Virus record (IMG/VR): IMGVR_UViG_3300020376_000005
Location: 1-31,960 of that record
DNA: 31,960 bases
Strand: one strand, 5' to 3'
Source of the DNA: a virus
Lineage: Duplodnaviria; Caudoviricetes
Each line of letters opens with the position of its first letter. The first letter of the stretch is position 1. Below the pieces are notes generated by a model. It saw nothing but the letters and a program-made list of their open reading frames with translations, made no database searches and was not told where the DNA came from. Shown in pieces: positions 1 to 8,374 of this stretch. The translations under genes were made by a program, and so were the position numbers.

Positions 1-1505
1 TCGAAGTGAAAGATTTGCATAGATTTTTTCATAAGGATTGCACCGCAGCTTTGTAGTAAAAAGTTAAGTGCGGAGTGTGGTGAGCGGATCGGTATGCGCC
101 GTTTGTCAATGCCAAGCACAAAGCCACGCTCGGCTTTCTTCTTAACAATGTCAGACAACTTACCGAGGCCAACGATACCCTCGTTGAGAGTAGCCCGTGC
201 GACCTTGCCAGACTTGATAGGACTGCCAGCCGTCTTCAACATTTCAGCGAGTTTCCTGTCGGAACAACCATATATCAGGGCATAAATTACGCCCTTTGCT
301 GCATCGCGACTGATACCCACAAGCTTGGCGGTCATGCTGTGAGCGTCAGTCTTCGCATCCTTATCGCCATTGATAATAATGTCAGCGTATCGGCCCTCAT
401 CAAATATACCGAGGTAGCTAGCAAGGCAGACCAATTCGAGACCATCCGCATCGCAGCCAACTAACACATGGCCCTCATCAGGAAGCCAGACGCTGCGCAT
501 TCGAGGGTCTTTTTTGCTTACCTGCGCCATGTTGGGTGCAAAGTGGCTGCATCTATTTGTTGCAGTCCCGATAGTATTCACCGCTCCGTGGACATAGCCA
601 TCGTCTGTCACACACTTGAGCCACGCAGAGTCACCTTCGGCAATCTGTGATAGCTGTTTCTGGTAAAAGAAGTAACGACCTAGCAGCTTTGCTTCAGAAA
701 ACTTTAAAGTTGAAAGCACTTTATGATCTATCTGTGGTGACCCAGCGGGGGTAAATATTTTAGGCTTCCACTGATATAGGTCGTGAAGTCTCTCTGCGAT
801 TTGCTTGCGTGATCCAGGATTGAACACCTCAATTTTATCCTTGAGTTGCTTGCCCGTCTTCTCAGACCACCGTTCAATTGTCTTGGGTGGAAAGACTTCT
901 TGCAGTTCTAATTCGATGTCTCCCATATCTTGACGCATCTCTGCAGCTAGATCGGCTGCAGCCTCTACGTCTAATCGGAAGCCGTGTAGTTCTTGAAGGG
1001 AGATACACCATGCAAAATCATGCTCAAGCTTGAGGGCATCGTCGAGTGATGCATCTGTCATGGACATAAGCTTTGCATATAGTCGTTGCGTCACGGCTAC
1101 ATCTTGAATGCAATAAACGCCCATCTCTTCTGTGAACGTAGACCAATCGGAGAATGAGCCTTTCTCAAAGCCCAACCGTTCACCCCATGCACCGAGAGAA
1201 TGTCCACGAAGGATCGGGTTGAGCAGTCGTGATAGGATCAGAGTGTCAAAGATTTTTGTTCGATCCAAGACATCATCGCCGTAAAGTTTACATAGTGCGG
1301 GGTAGTCGAACCCAACGCCATTGTGAAAGACCAAACGATCAGCCTTCCGCATTCTTTCTAGTCCCTCACTAACAGGCTTATAGCCTTGGTGATCAGCATA
1401 TATTTCAATGTCATCAAGGGCTTCAGTCCCAATACACAAACAATGAAGCTTGGTCAGCTTCGGGATCAAATTGTCTGTCTCTATGTCGCAGATAAGTGTT
1501 GTCAA
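1..1505 (-). CDS. gp5: Family A DNA polymerase, T7 gp5-like; runs off the window start; TTG start
   Basis: Not in the ORF track; translated by hand in segments that share one frame. TTG at 1505 follows GAGGA. ExoI ICDIETDNL, ExoII FHNGVGFD, HSLGAWGERLG, ExoIII YCIQDV, motif A LVGCDADGLEL, motif B RDAAKGVIYALIYG, then HSALNFLLQSCGA. Confidence 0.95.
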   Translation of the reverse strand, partial: MTTLICDIETDNLIPKLTKLHCLCIGTEALDDIEIYADHQGYKPVSEGLERMRKADRLVFHNGVGFDYPALCKLYGDDVLDRTKIFDTLILSRLLNPILRGHSLGAWGERLGFEKGSFSDWSTFTEEMGVYCIQDVAVTQRLYAKLMSMTDASLDDALKLEHDFAWCISLQELHGFRLDVEAAADLAAEMRQDMGDIELELQEVFPPKTIERWSEKTGKQLKDKIEVFNPGSRKQIAERLHDLYQWKPKIFTPAGSPQIDHKVLSTLKFSEAKLLGRYFFYQKQLSQIAEGDSAWLKCVTDDGYVHGAVNTIGTATNRCSHFAPNMAQVSKKDPRMRSVWLPDEGHVLVGCDADGLELVCLASYLGIFDEGRYADIIINGDKDAKTDAHSMTAKLVGISRDAAKGVIYALIYGCSDRKLAEMLKTAGSPIKSGKVARATLNEGIVGLGKLSDIVKKKAERGFVLGIDKRRIPIRSPHSALNFLLQSCGAILMKKSMQIFHF

Positions 1506-1779
1506 AATAAGCTTCCTCATTGTTTGCATGGATAGATCGATGACAATTTGCGCAAACCAAGACGGTCTTGTCGGCCTCGTAGAGAATTTCTTCCCACGAT
1601 TTTCTGACAAGCCAATCTTGGTTTATCTCAAATGATTTTGTAGGTGGATTGATGTGGTGAAAATCGAAACATTCGAGTGGATGTTCCAACTCACAGCGGA
1701 CACAGAGACTTCCCATGTGTGCGATTAGTTTTGCTTTAAGATGGTGCCGCTGCCTTTTCTTTTGTGCAGCTTTGCTCAC
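1423..1779 (-). CDS. HNH endonuclease (Zn-binding)
   Basis: CVRC...FDFHH...CANCHRSIH; lies between primase/helicase and polymerase. Confidence 0.85.
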   Translation of the reverse strand: MSKAAQKKRQRHHLKAKLIAHMGSLCVRCELEHPLECFDFHHINPPTKSFEINQDWLVRKSWEEILYEADKTVLVCANCHRSIHANNEEAYFDNTYLRHRDRQFDPEADQASLFVYWD

Positions 1780-3377
1780 TAGAACTCAGTAATATCTTCA
1801 AAGGCATCAGCTTCTACTTCAGACAGCTTTGCTGAACTTTCATCGTAAGCAAGATAACCCATCAAGCCCGTCTTTCCAGTTCTTCGATTTTTGAGACAAC
1901 GAACGGTCAGGGTGTTCTCACCTTCAGACGCATTGCGGCTTACGGCGATCACGGAATCTGAGATTTGCGCGATGCTCTGTGATCCACGAAGGCTTGAAAG
2001 TACGGGTAAAGCTCCGTCCTCAAAACCTTTGTCACCACCGCTTCTCTTTAGATGTGAGATTAGTAGTATAGAACATTGATATTGCTCAGTAAACTGACGG
2101 AGACGGGACATCACATAGTCAATCTGTTTACGTTCGTCACCACCTTCGATCATAAATTCTCCACCTGAAAGAAGTATCGTGAGGTGATCTAACACAAGAA
2201 ACTTACAGCCCAGCGCAACAACCATGTAAGTCATCTTATTTAACAAACGGTCACTATCGTGCGAGCCGAAATGATCATACAATATGACATTACCCTTGCC
2301 TACTGAGCCGTCGAATGCCGCTCGTTTTTCGGCATCAGTTGCATCATTGGGAATATGTAAAGCTTTACCCGCCGTAAGCGACATGAACCTTAGAGCCGTC
2401 TGAGAAGTAGACTCTTCCAAGGCGATATAACCTACTTTATTATCCAGTTCGACAGCGAGATGATGAGCCACTTGAGCTGATATCGTACTTTTTCCACACC
2501 CGCTCCCAGCCGTGAGAGTAGTAATCTCACGCGGATGGATGCCAAAAAGAAATTTATTCCAATTTTCAAACGGATACGGCGTACCCATAACCTGAGGCTT
2601 CGACACTTCTTCCCAAAGTTCATTCGCATTTATCACTCCATCGGGCCGCTCATCGGCGGCGTTATACACACTGTTGATTAAAGGTTTGATTTGATTAGCC
2701 ATCAGCATGTCACTGGCATCTTTTAGCGGGATCGTGGCGATCTTAGCTTTTCCTGGAGTTAGTATCTCAGCACATTCCTTAGCTGCTTTCTGTCCTGCAG
2801 AGTCAGAATCAAATAGAAAAACAACGCTATCGTAGCCCTCGACAAATGAAATATTACGTCTGATGGCCTTGGCTGCTGATTGCGCGCCGTTTGGTACTGA
2901 TACGACAGGCCATGTAGTTACTTGACCATAAGAAAGACAGTCCAGTTCTCCCTCTACAATCACGAGACGTTTACCTGTCAGTGGCCACATGTGCTGGGCA
3001 AAAAGCTGAACATCATCAAATGTTCCTGTAGTTCTGAATGCTTTGTTCTGACCCCGAACTTTCTGCGCACACACTTCACCCTTCTGGTTTCGATAGTTAG
3101 CAAGATGGACGGGGCCAGCATTGGTTTTCGCAATCTTATAATCAAATCGTTTGCATGTCTCTTCAGTAATTTTACGTGCTGGAAGGCCACTGAAGTAACC
3201 GTCTTGAATCATATCTGTTGTCATTGTTTTTTTTCTTACTTGTTGAATTGCGGGAGCATCTCCGACGGGTGACCAAGTGCTGCACGAAAAGCAGAAAGTG
3301 TGGTCTTCCCAACGACTTAGGGCATCTGTACTCTGACAGTCATTACAGGGCAGATGAGTTTCAAGAGGTGTCGTCAT
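1779..3377 (-). CDS. gp4: DNA primase/helicase, T7 gp4-like
   Basis: Zn finger CNDC..CFSC; TOPRIM IVEGELD and FDSDSAG; Walker A AGSGCGKS; VLDHL; LISHL; LRGSQSIAQISD; LKNR. Confidence 0.96.
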   Translation of the reverse strand: MTTPLETHLPCNDCQSTDALSRWEDHTFCFSCSTWSPVGDAPAIQQVRKKTMTTDMIQDGYFSGLPARKITEETCKRFDYKIAKTNAGPVHLANYRNQKGEVCAQKVRGQNKAFRTTGTFDDVQLFAQHMWPLTGKRLVIVEGELDCLSYGQVTTWPVVSVPNGAQSAAKAIRRNISFVEGYDSVVFLFDSDSAGQKAAKECAEILTPGKAKIATIPLKDASDMLMANQIKPLINSVYNAADERPDGVINANELWEEVSKPQVMGTPYPFENWNKFLFGIHPREITTLTAGSGCGKSTISAQVAHHLAVELDNKVGYIALEESTSQTALRFMSLTAGKALHIPNDATDAEKRAAFDGSVGKGNVILYDHFGSHDSDRLLNKMTYMVVALGCKFLVLDHLTILLSGGEFMIEGGDERKQIDYVMSRLRQFTEQYQCSILLISHLKRSGGDKGFEDGALPVLSSLRGSQSIAQISDSVIAVSRNASEGENTLTVRCLKNRRTGKTGLMGYLAYDESSAKLSEVEADAFEDITEF

Positions 3378-3380
3378 ACA

Positions 3381-3794
3381 TCAGTCCTTTGATTGGTTAA
3401 TGAAAACGACTATTGCAACGTCCTCTTCAGGGGCCGCATAGCGTTTTATGATTGTAAAATTGGTGATCTGGTCATCGTCGTGCCACACGTTTCCGTGGTT
3501 GGTGAGGCTGTCCAAGATGCCCTTCGCGTAGTTGTCTACATCGCCGCGCGGAAATTCTCGCTTGCCTGTTCGAGGCTTGCGGACAATCACTTCCACATGA
3601 ACATCCAGAGGACCATCGATCTTGACATTAAGGTTGCCGGTGAGGGCTTCCCGCATTTCATTACGAAAGTTCTCGTATATTTTGCCATAATACGTCCCCC
3701 ACTTAGAGACTCTTGGCCTCGAAGCGGGGACAGGATTAACAGGGATGTGCAAAGATGTAGCAGCTACGCGGATGTTAGAAGTCGATGCTGTCAT
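3381..3794 (-). CDS. rusA: RusA-family Holliday junction resolvase; start uncertain (ATG at 3794, 3803 or 3806)
   Basis: PVPASRPR N-terminal motif, RGDVDNYAKGILDSL and VWHDDDQI, typical of RusA catalytic Asp/Lys motifs. Confidence 0.82.
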   Translation of the reverse strand: MTASTSNIRVAATSLHIPVNPVPASRPRVSKWGTYYGKIYENFRNEMREALTGNLNVKIDGPLDVHVEVIVRKPRTGKREFPRGDVDNYAKGILDSLTNHGNVWHDDDQITNFTIIKRYAAPEEDVAIVVFINQSKD

Positions 3795-4323
3795 CAAGGC
3801 CATCATTGGCTGCGCTTTCAGCAGCTTCGATCTCAGCGAAAGCATCTCCAGACATATTACGCTTATCAATCAGCATCACATTGCGTAGTTGACCGCTTAC
3901 ACCTTTAGCGCCACCAGCCGTGTACGCTCCGAAGGCGAGGGCAAGTCGGACGACATCGCCGCTCTGTGGAGCTTCATCTACATTCAACGCTTTCTTTGCA
4001 GCATCTACAAATCCTGGCTGAAACTTAGACTTTGCAACCATGAGCCAGTGACCCTTGAATTCTTCTTTGTCACTGTCATCACCGTCTTTCCAAGGGTACT
4101 TAAAACCGTTGGGTAACTTACCGAATTCCTGCATTCCGAGGTCTTCAACTTTGGACTGCATTGTGGATATGTAATCAACTACAGCGGGATCTGATTTATC
4201 CAACAGCAGCGTTACTTTATATTTTCCGTCACTGTACTCCTGACCTTCGTCGGGCTTCTGCAACCATGCGTATGCAGCGGTGGCAGGAGGTGTTACTGAG
4301 ATTACTTGTGGACGTTTTGCCAT
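3775..4323 (-). CDS. gp2.5: Single-stranded DNA-binding protein, T7 gp2.5-like
   Basis: YAWLQKPD...GKYKVTL; acidic tail ending in Phe (DDSIDF); syntenic position. Confidence 0.9.
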   Translation of the reverse strand: MAKRPQVISVTPPATAAYAWLQKPDEGQEYSDGKYKVTLLLDKSDPAVVDYISTMQSKVEDLGMQEFGKLPNGFKYPWKDGDDSDKEEFKGHWLMVAKSKFQPGFVDAAKKALNVDEAPQSGDVVRLALAFGAYTAGGAKGVSGQLRNVMLIDKRNMSGDAFAEIEAAESAANDGLDDSIDF

Positions 4324-4343
4324 CGTTATGTTTCCTGTTTTCC

Positions 4344-4382
4344 AAAAGAAAACCCCGATCTGAAGTTAATCAGACCGAGGTT
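4344..4382 (-). terminator. Probable intrinsic terminator (or RNase III hairpin) after the RNAP gene
   Basis: Minus strand AACCTCGGTCTGA-TTAACT-TCAGATCGGGGTT followed by TTCTTTT; 13-bp stem whose two G-U pairs work only on the minus strand. Confidence 0.7.
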
Positions 4383-4417
4383 AGTTAAGCCCTTTCGCTG
4401 GGAGAAACGTGCGATAG

Positions 4418-4434
4418 GGCAGAGGCAACCTTTA
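4418..4434 (-). promoter_or_regulatory. Candidate phage RNAP promoter, copy 1 (TAAAGGTTGCCTCTGCC)
   Basis: 15/17 identical to 9373-9389; intergenic, immediately after the RNAP stop and ahead of the replication genes. Confidence 0.6.
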
Positions 4435-4439
4435 AATGT

Positions 4440-6950
4440 TCAGGCGAAGAAATAGGTTGCGTTTAGAACCTCTTGTGGATTGAACACAGACTGCTTCGGT
4501 GGTTCTGGGAGGTCCGCGCCACGGCTATACGATTGGATATACGGATGGAATTCATCAGCTAACCAGTCACCACTGAACATCTCTGCAGCGGTCTCACGGA
4601 TTGTGTCACGCATCTGATCGACGTTGCTGGGATGCACTGCAAATGAATCGTGAATTGCACACACGTCTGTCACGCCTCGCTCAGATAGCGTGTTCACCAT
4701 TTTGTGCATCAATGCTGCGTCGAGTGAGTGGATGACGTTAGGAGCCGCACCCATGCGCTGCTTGTTGCCGTTCAGCCCACCACGCGGGTTCTCATCCCAC
4801 ATGAATACACTTCCAACCACAGTTTTCACATCAGACTTGTTGATAGTCCAATATGACTGCTGGATTGTTGATCCGACAGGTGTCTCCCACTTCAGAGGGA
4901 TGCCGTGGGCGAACAGAGAGGACGCTGTGTCCTGCAAGTAGTCCATGATTGGGCGAGAGGCCACGACAGTCTGTTCCAGTGCTAGGATCAGCTTGTCGCG
5001 GAGATAACCAGCGTTCTTCAGTACGTCACCGTCAAGCTTGTCTAGGAATCCATCGGCTATGAGTTGGTCCTGAATTCCTCGCGGGGTAACGCCATACGGC
5101 GTGGTCATGCAGCTTTTTTTGCAGTGGTCTCTGGTCACTGATCCCACCCAACGCTGGGCCTCTTCGGTCCTGTGTCCAATTCGTATGTCCTCAACGATCA
5201 TTTTGGAAACAACCTGTGCAGTCTTGGCGTAGATATCGTGACGACCAGCATCTGAAGAACAGTTAGTTAGCAGTGCGCCCACGGGATCACGGCCCAACAT
5301 TGAAAGTAACTGCAGCCCGTTATTACTACCGTCCTGATGGATCGGAAGGTTAGACATGTATAGTGCTGGGTTGTCGTAGGCAGTTGCTTCCGCCCAATCA
5401 TGGCATGTCTGGAGGAATTCTAGAGGGCTGTCAGCATCCGCCCAGAACCTCCAGCCGTCGAAGGTATCATGTGCGCTGTCGATTATGGCGTCATGGTTTT
5501 CACTTGCCCACACCTGCATCTCTGGAAATGTGATTTTGTCGTTGCCGTAGGTGTTGCACAGGCGAACAGCCAACCAGAACAATCCACGTTCACCGATTGC
5601 ATAACTGTTGTAGAAACGCATTGTCCCACGCGCCAGCCCGTCACCCTGTGGGTTCCAATCGGGAGTCATGTAGTAGAAGCGGCCTCGCGTGTCGGCCTTA
5701 ACTGGATGGAAAATTTCAAGGTCTTTATGGTTGTACGCAATGTGAAACTTTCGGATAGCACTCTCACGCTTGGACACATCACGGGCGTTCTTGTCGTGAA
5801 TTTTGGTTAGCGAATATTTCCAGGATGCCCGTTCTGTCCGAGACATAGACGACCATTCTTGTGTCGTTTTATGTTCTGGCAGTTTTTGAGGATCAGGCTT
5901 TGGCAGATATTCTACAATATCAAGTCCAGAATCGTATACTTCACGAGCCACGGACAGCACTTCCTGATCGACACTGTAGCCAACGCAACCAAGACTGTTT
6001 GCAGCGTCAAGTGTGACCTGAGAAATCGGATCGTGGAGGGCAGCCGTGTGACTGTGGAGACCTCCAGCGATAAAAGGATTGGAGAGCATGTGATAGCCGC
6101 CGACATAGTTGTTGTCTTTTGCTGACCATACCCAAGGTAGCGGTTTAGCTATCATTGGCTTTTGCACGGGGGACACAGCTTCAACACGACTGTTGAGGTC
6201 TTCGATCATCGCCTCACAGGCGTGGCTCAGGAAGATTTGACGTTGTGTCTTGCCGCCCCCTTGGATGTAGCGCATCTCAAAGAACCCGCCGGTGCTTTCG
6301 ATCACCAGTTCCACCAGCTTTGCACCAATGTGTGTGCGTACTTCGCGCGGCCATTCTAACGTGATGATACCTTCAATTTTTCGCGACCAGTTCATCCATT
6401 GCCGCTGATTGAAATTCTTTGATCTCGCAAGCAAACGGGCTGCCACGTCACGACCACCAGTTTCTTTAGCTTCACGCTTAGAATTTTGTAGCCACGTTTC
6501 GAATTCTAATTGTTGACGAACAGCCAGACCAATCGCCACAAAGATACCTGTGGCTGGTCGGCCCAGATATCCGTTCTTTGTGTTCTTAGACATCATGGCG
6601 CGGATCGTGATCAGGGCGAGTTTCTCTGGACTGATAAACGATATGTACCACCACCAGACAGGTCGAACACCTTTGCCAGAATTACTGATACCCTCGACAG
6701 CAATATCCTGTGCGGCTGCGATGGCTGGCACTAGGTCTTTCATCACGTCCTTAAAAATCTTACGTCCCGCTGCTGTGTCCGCAAGGCCGGTTGTAAGTAA
6801 ACTTTCTCGGTACTTTTTGATTCCCTCCGAGATGCCCGACATCTCATGTATGATTTGGACGTCCGCAACTGATCCTGAACATTGGGAAATATGGTCATAT
6901 GCTTCGATGCGGGATGCCTGTGTGTCCAATAGTGTGCTAGATTTATTCAT
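4440..6950 (-). CDS. gp1: Single-subunit T7-like RNA polymerase
   Basis: DTRGRFY, PIHQDGSNNGLQ (motif A), RDHCKKSCMTTPYG (motif B), APNVIHSLDA, AIHDSF (motif C), C-terminal YFFA. Confidence 0.98.
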   Translation of the reverse strand: MNKSSTLLDTQASRIEAYDHISQCSGSVADVQIIHEMSGISEGIKKYRESLLTTGLADTAAGRKIFKDVMKDLVPAIAAAQDIAVEGISNSGKGVRPVWWWYISFISPEKLALITIRAMMSKNTKNGYLGRPATGIFVAIGLAVRQQLEFETWLQNSKREAKETGGRDVAARLLARSKNFNQRQWMNWSRKIEGIITLEWPREVRTHIGAKLVELVIESTGGFFEMRYIQGGGKTQRQIFLSHACEAMIEDLNSRVEAVSPVQKPMIAKPLPWVWSAKDNNYVGGYHMLSNPFIAGGLHSHTAALHDPISQVTLDAANSLGCVGYSVDQEVLSVAREVYDSGLDIVEYLPKPDPQKLPEHKTTQEWSSMSRTERASWKYSLTKIHDKNARDVSKRESAIRKFHIAYNHKDLEIFHPVKADTRGRFYYMTPDWNPQGDGLARGTMRFYNSYAIGERGLFWLAVRLCNTYGNDKITFPEMQVWASENHDAIIDSAHDTFDGWRFWADADSPLEFLQTCHDWAEATAYDNPALYMSNLPIHQDGSNNGLQLLSMLGRDPVGALLTNCSSDAGRHDIYAKTAQVVSKMIVEDIRIGHRTEEAQRWVGSVTRDHCKKSCMTTPYGVTPRGIQDQLIADGFLDKLDGDVLKNAGYLRDKLILALEQTVVASRPIMDYLQDTASSLFAHGIPLKWETPVGSTIQQSYWTINKSDVKTVVGSVFMWDENPRGGLNGNKQRMGAAPNVIHSLDAALMHKMVNTLSERGVTDVCAIHDSFAVHPSNVDQMRDTIRETAAEMFSGDWLADEFHPYIQSYSRGADLPEPPKQSVFNPQEVLNATYFFA
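6921..6938. repeat. TGTGTCCRATAGTGYGC motif, copy 1 (probable integrase arm-type site)
   Basis: TGTGTCCAATAGTGTGCT, inside the first codons of RNAP; matches 7185-7202 and 12662-12681. Confidence 0.6.
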
Positions 6951-7032
6951 TCTGATAACCTTTTATATTCAGTAGTTTAATGTGCTAGGATTACTGTAGT
7001 CTATTGACTTTACATATAATTCTAGTTGGTTA

Positions 7033-7128
7033 TCAGTTAGTTACTTCTCCATTTGTGATCTTGGGTACAGGGGGTCGTGAGTTCGAATCTCGCCGCCCCG
7101 ACCACTAGAATGAATGGTAACTAACTGA
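7033..7128. repeat. Perfect 12-bp inverted repeat flanking the attP core
   Basis: TCAGTTAGTTAC (7033-7044) and GTAACTAACTGA (7117-7128). Confidence 0.8.
7059..7104 (+). mobile_element. attP: attP core: 3' half of tRNA-Pro(TGG), not a full tRNA gene
   Basis: Anticodon loop CTTGGGT, stem ACAGG, T-arm GTGAG-TTCGAAT-CTCGC, acceptor strand CGCCCCG-A-CCA. No 5' half upstream; lies ~125 bp past the integrase stop. Confidence 0.9.
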
Positions 7129-7184
7129 AATAGTGCATTTTATTTAGTCTTCACATCCTCTAAAAAAGTACATGTTTTACTGGA

Positions 7185-7202
7185 TGTGTCCGATAGTGCG
7201 CC
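7185..7202. repeat. TGTGTCCRATAGTGYGC motif, copy 2 (probable integrase arm-type site)
   Basis: TGTGTCCGATAGTGCGCC on the integrase side of attP, with a further partial ATAGTGTG at 7211. Confidence 0.6.
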
Positions 7203-7228
7203 AGAAAAAAATAGTGTGGCTTGTTTTG

Positions 7229-8374
7229 TCATGCGTGGTTAAGAATCGCAATGGCCTCTTTCGAAGCATCTTCGACCACCATGTGCGCGTATCGCTGAGT
7301 GGTTTTGATGTCTGAGTGGCCAAGTAGTTTACTCAAAGAGAATAAACTCATGCCGCCTTGACACATCTTGCTTGCAAACGTGTGGCGCATCGAGTGGACG
7401 GTAAACACACCATAGCGATCTACCAGTGCATCAGTGTTTAGCCCAGCGCGACAGATGGCCTTTCGAATTCCCGCTGTAGACTTTGAGCGAGGTTTATCGC
7501 CTTTACCCTGCATTGAAAAAACATAGGATCGGTTGCCATTCCGAAGCCATCTACGTTTAAGTATCTCGCGGCTTCGATCTGTAAGAAGTAGGCGGCTCTC
7601 GTTTTGAACCTTCGGACGCCAGAGATTAAGCCACTTGAATGCACCAACATCAATTGAGGTCCACGTTAGGCATCTGATCTCCCCCAGCCGTGCGCCTGTG
7701 TCGAGCAGAAGAACCACAAGGTCGTACTGATCCTGTAAGCGATCTTTGATTATCTGAGAGCGTTTTTCAGGCGCACCCACACCAAAGATGTAACGATCAA
7801 CACTTAGTTCAGCTAAAAGTGCATCCTCTTCGTTATCCAAAAGGTATCGCGTCTTTTGGCTGGTAGATAACTTCAACTTAGTAAAGTTAACGTCTAATTT
7901 CACGGCCATATTGTAATCATTTTTGGCCTTGTTGTAGACTTGCATCCAGAACGCGAGTTCATTGTTTATATATCCTGGAGCATACCCTTCAGTGATGCGT
8001 TTTCGTCTAATATCCATCATTAGGTTGCGGTCCAGTGAAGACACTGGAAGCGATCCGTTGATCCTAGGATTGATGGACCCAATTCTCGACAAAAAATATG
8101 CATATGTTTCTGCGCTGGATTCCTTTTTCAAAGATTTCAGTTCTGACACATACATAGCTCCAGCCTCGCTTAGGGTAGCTGCCTGTCGCATCGATAACTG
8201 ACCAAAGTCAGCTTCACGTTTAGCAACCATCGTAGCGACCTTGTGAGCCTCTGCCTTGGCGGTACGCTTGGTACTCTCGCGTTGATAACTAACAACCTTG
8301 CCAGCCTCGTTTAGTTTTGGCGCTTTCACCCACCAGTAGGGGCTACGCGGTCTTTTATACAAACTGTACGACAT
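7229..8374 (-). CDS. int: Tyrosine recombinase / phage integrase
   Basis: TGARLGEI, HSMRHTFAS and LLGHSDIKTTQRYAH give the complete R-H-x-x-R-H-Y set; N-terminal LYKRPRSPYWWV resembles an arm-binding domain. Confidence 0.96.
   Translation of the reverse strand: MSYSLYKRPRSPYWWVKAPKLNEAGKVVSYQRESTKRTAKAEAHKVATMVAKREADFGQLSMRQAATLSEAGAMYVSELKSLKKESSAETYAYFLSRIGSINPRINGSLPVSSLDRNLMMDIRRKRITEGYAPGYINNELAFWMQVYNKAKNDYNMAVKLDVNFTKLKLSTSQKTRYLLDNEEDALLAELSVDRYIFGVGAPEKRSQIIKDRLQDQYDLVVLLLDTGARLGEIRCLTWTSIDVGAFKWLNLWRPKVQNESRLLLTDRSREILKRRWLRNGNRSYVFSMQGKGDKPRSKSTAGIRKAICRAGLNTDALVDRYGVFTVHSMRHTFASKMCQGGMSLFSLSKLLGHSDIKTTQRYAHMVVEDASKEAIAILNHA

Noticed and set aside
1-1779. Intron or intein splitting the DNA polymerase around the HNH gene
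   Set aside because: The TTG start at 1505, the exonuclease motifs and motif A are all in the same frame; the HNH gene is upstream and only overlaps the start.
3393-3908. 171-aa plus-strand ORF, and other plus-strand ORFs such as 6550-6975 and 27031-27471
   Set aside because: Antisense to well-supported genes, with no recognisable motifs.
7030-7104. Complete phage tRNA-Pro gene
   Set aside because: There is no acceptor 5' strand or D-arm upstream of the anticodon loop; only the 3' half is present, as expected for attP.
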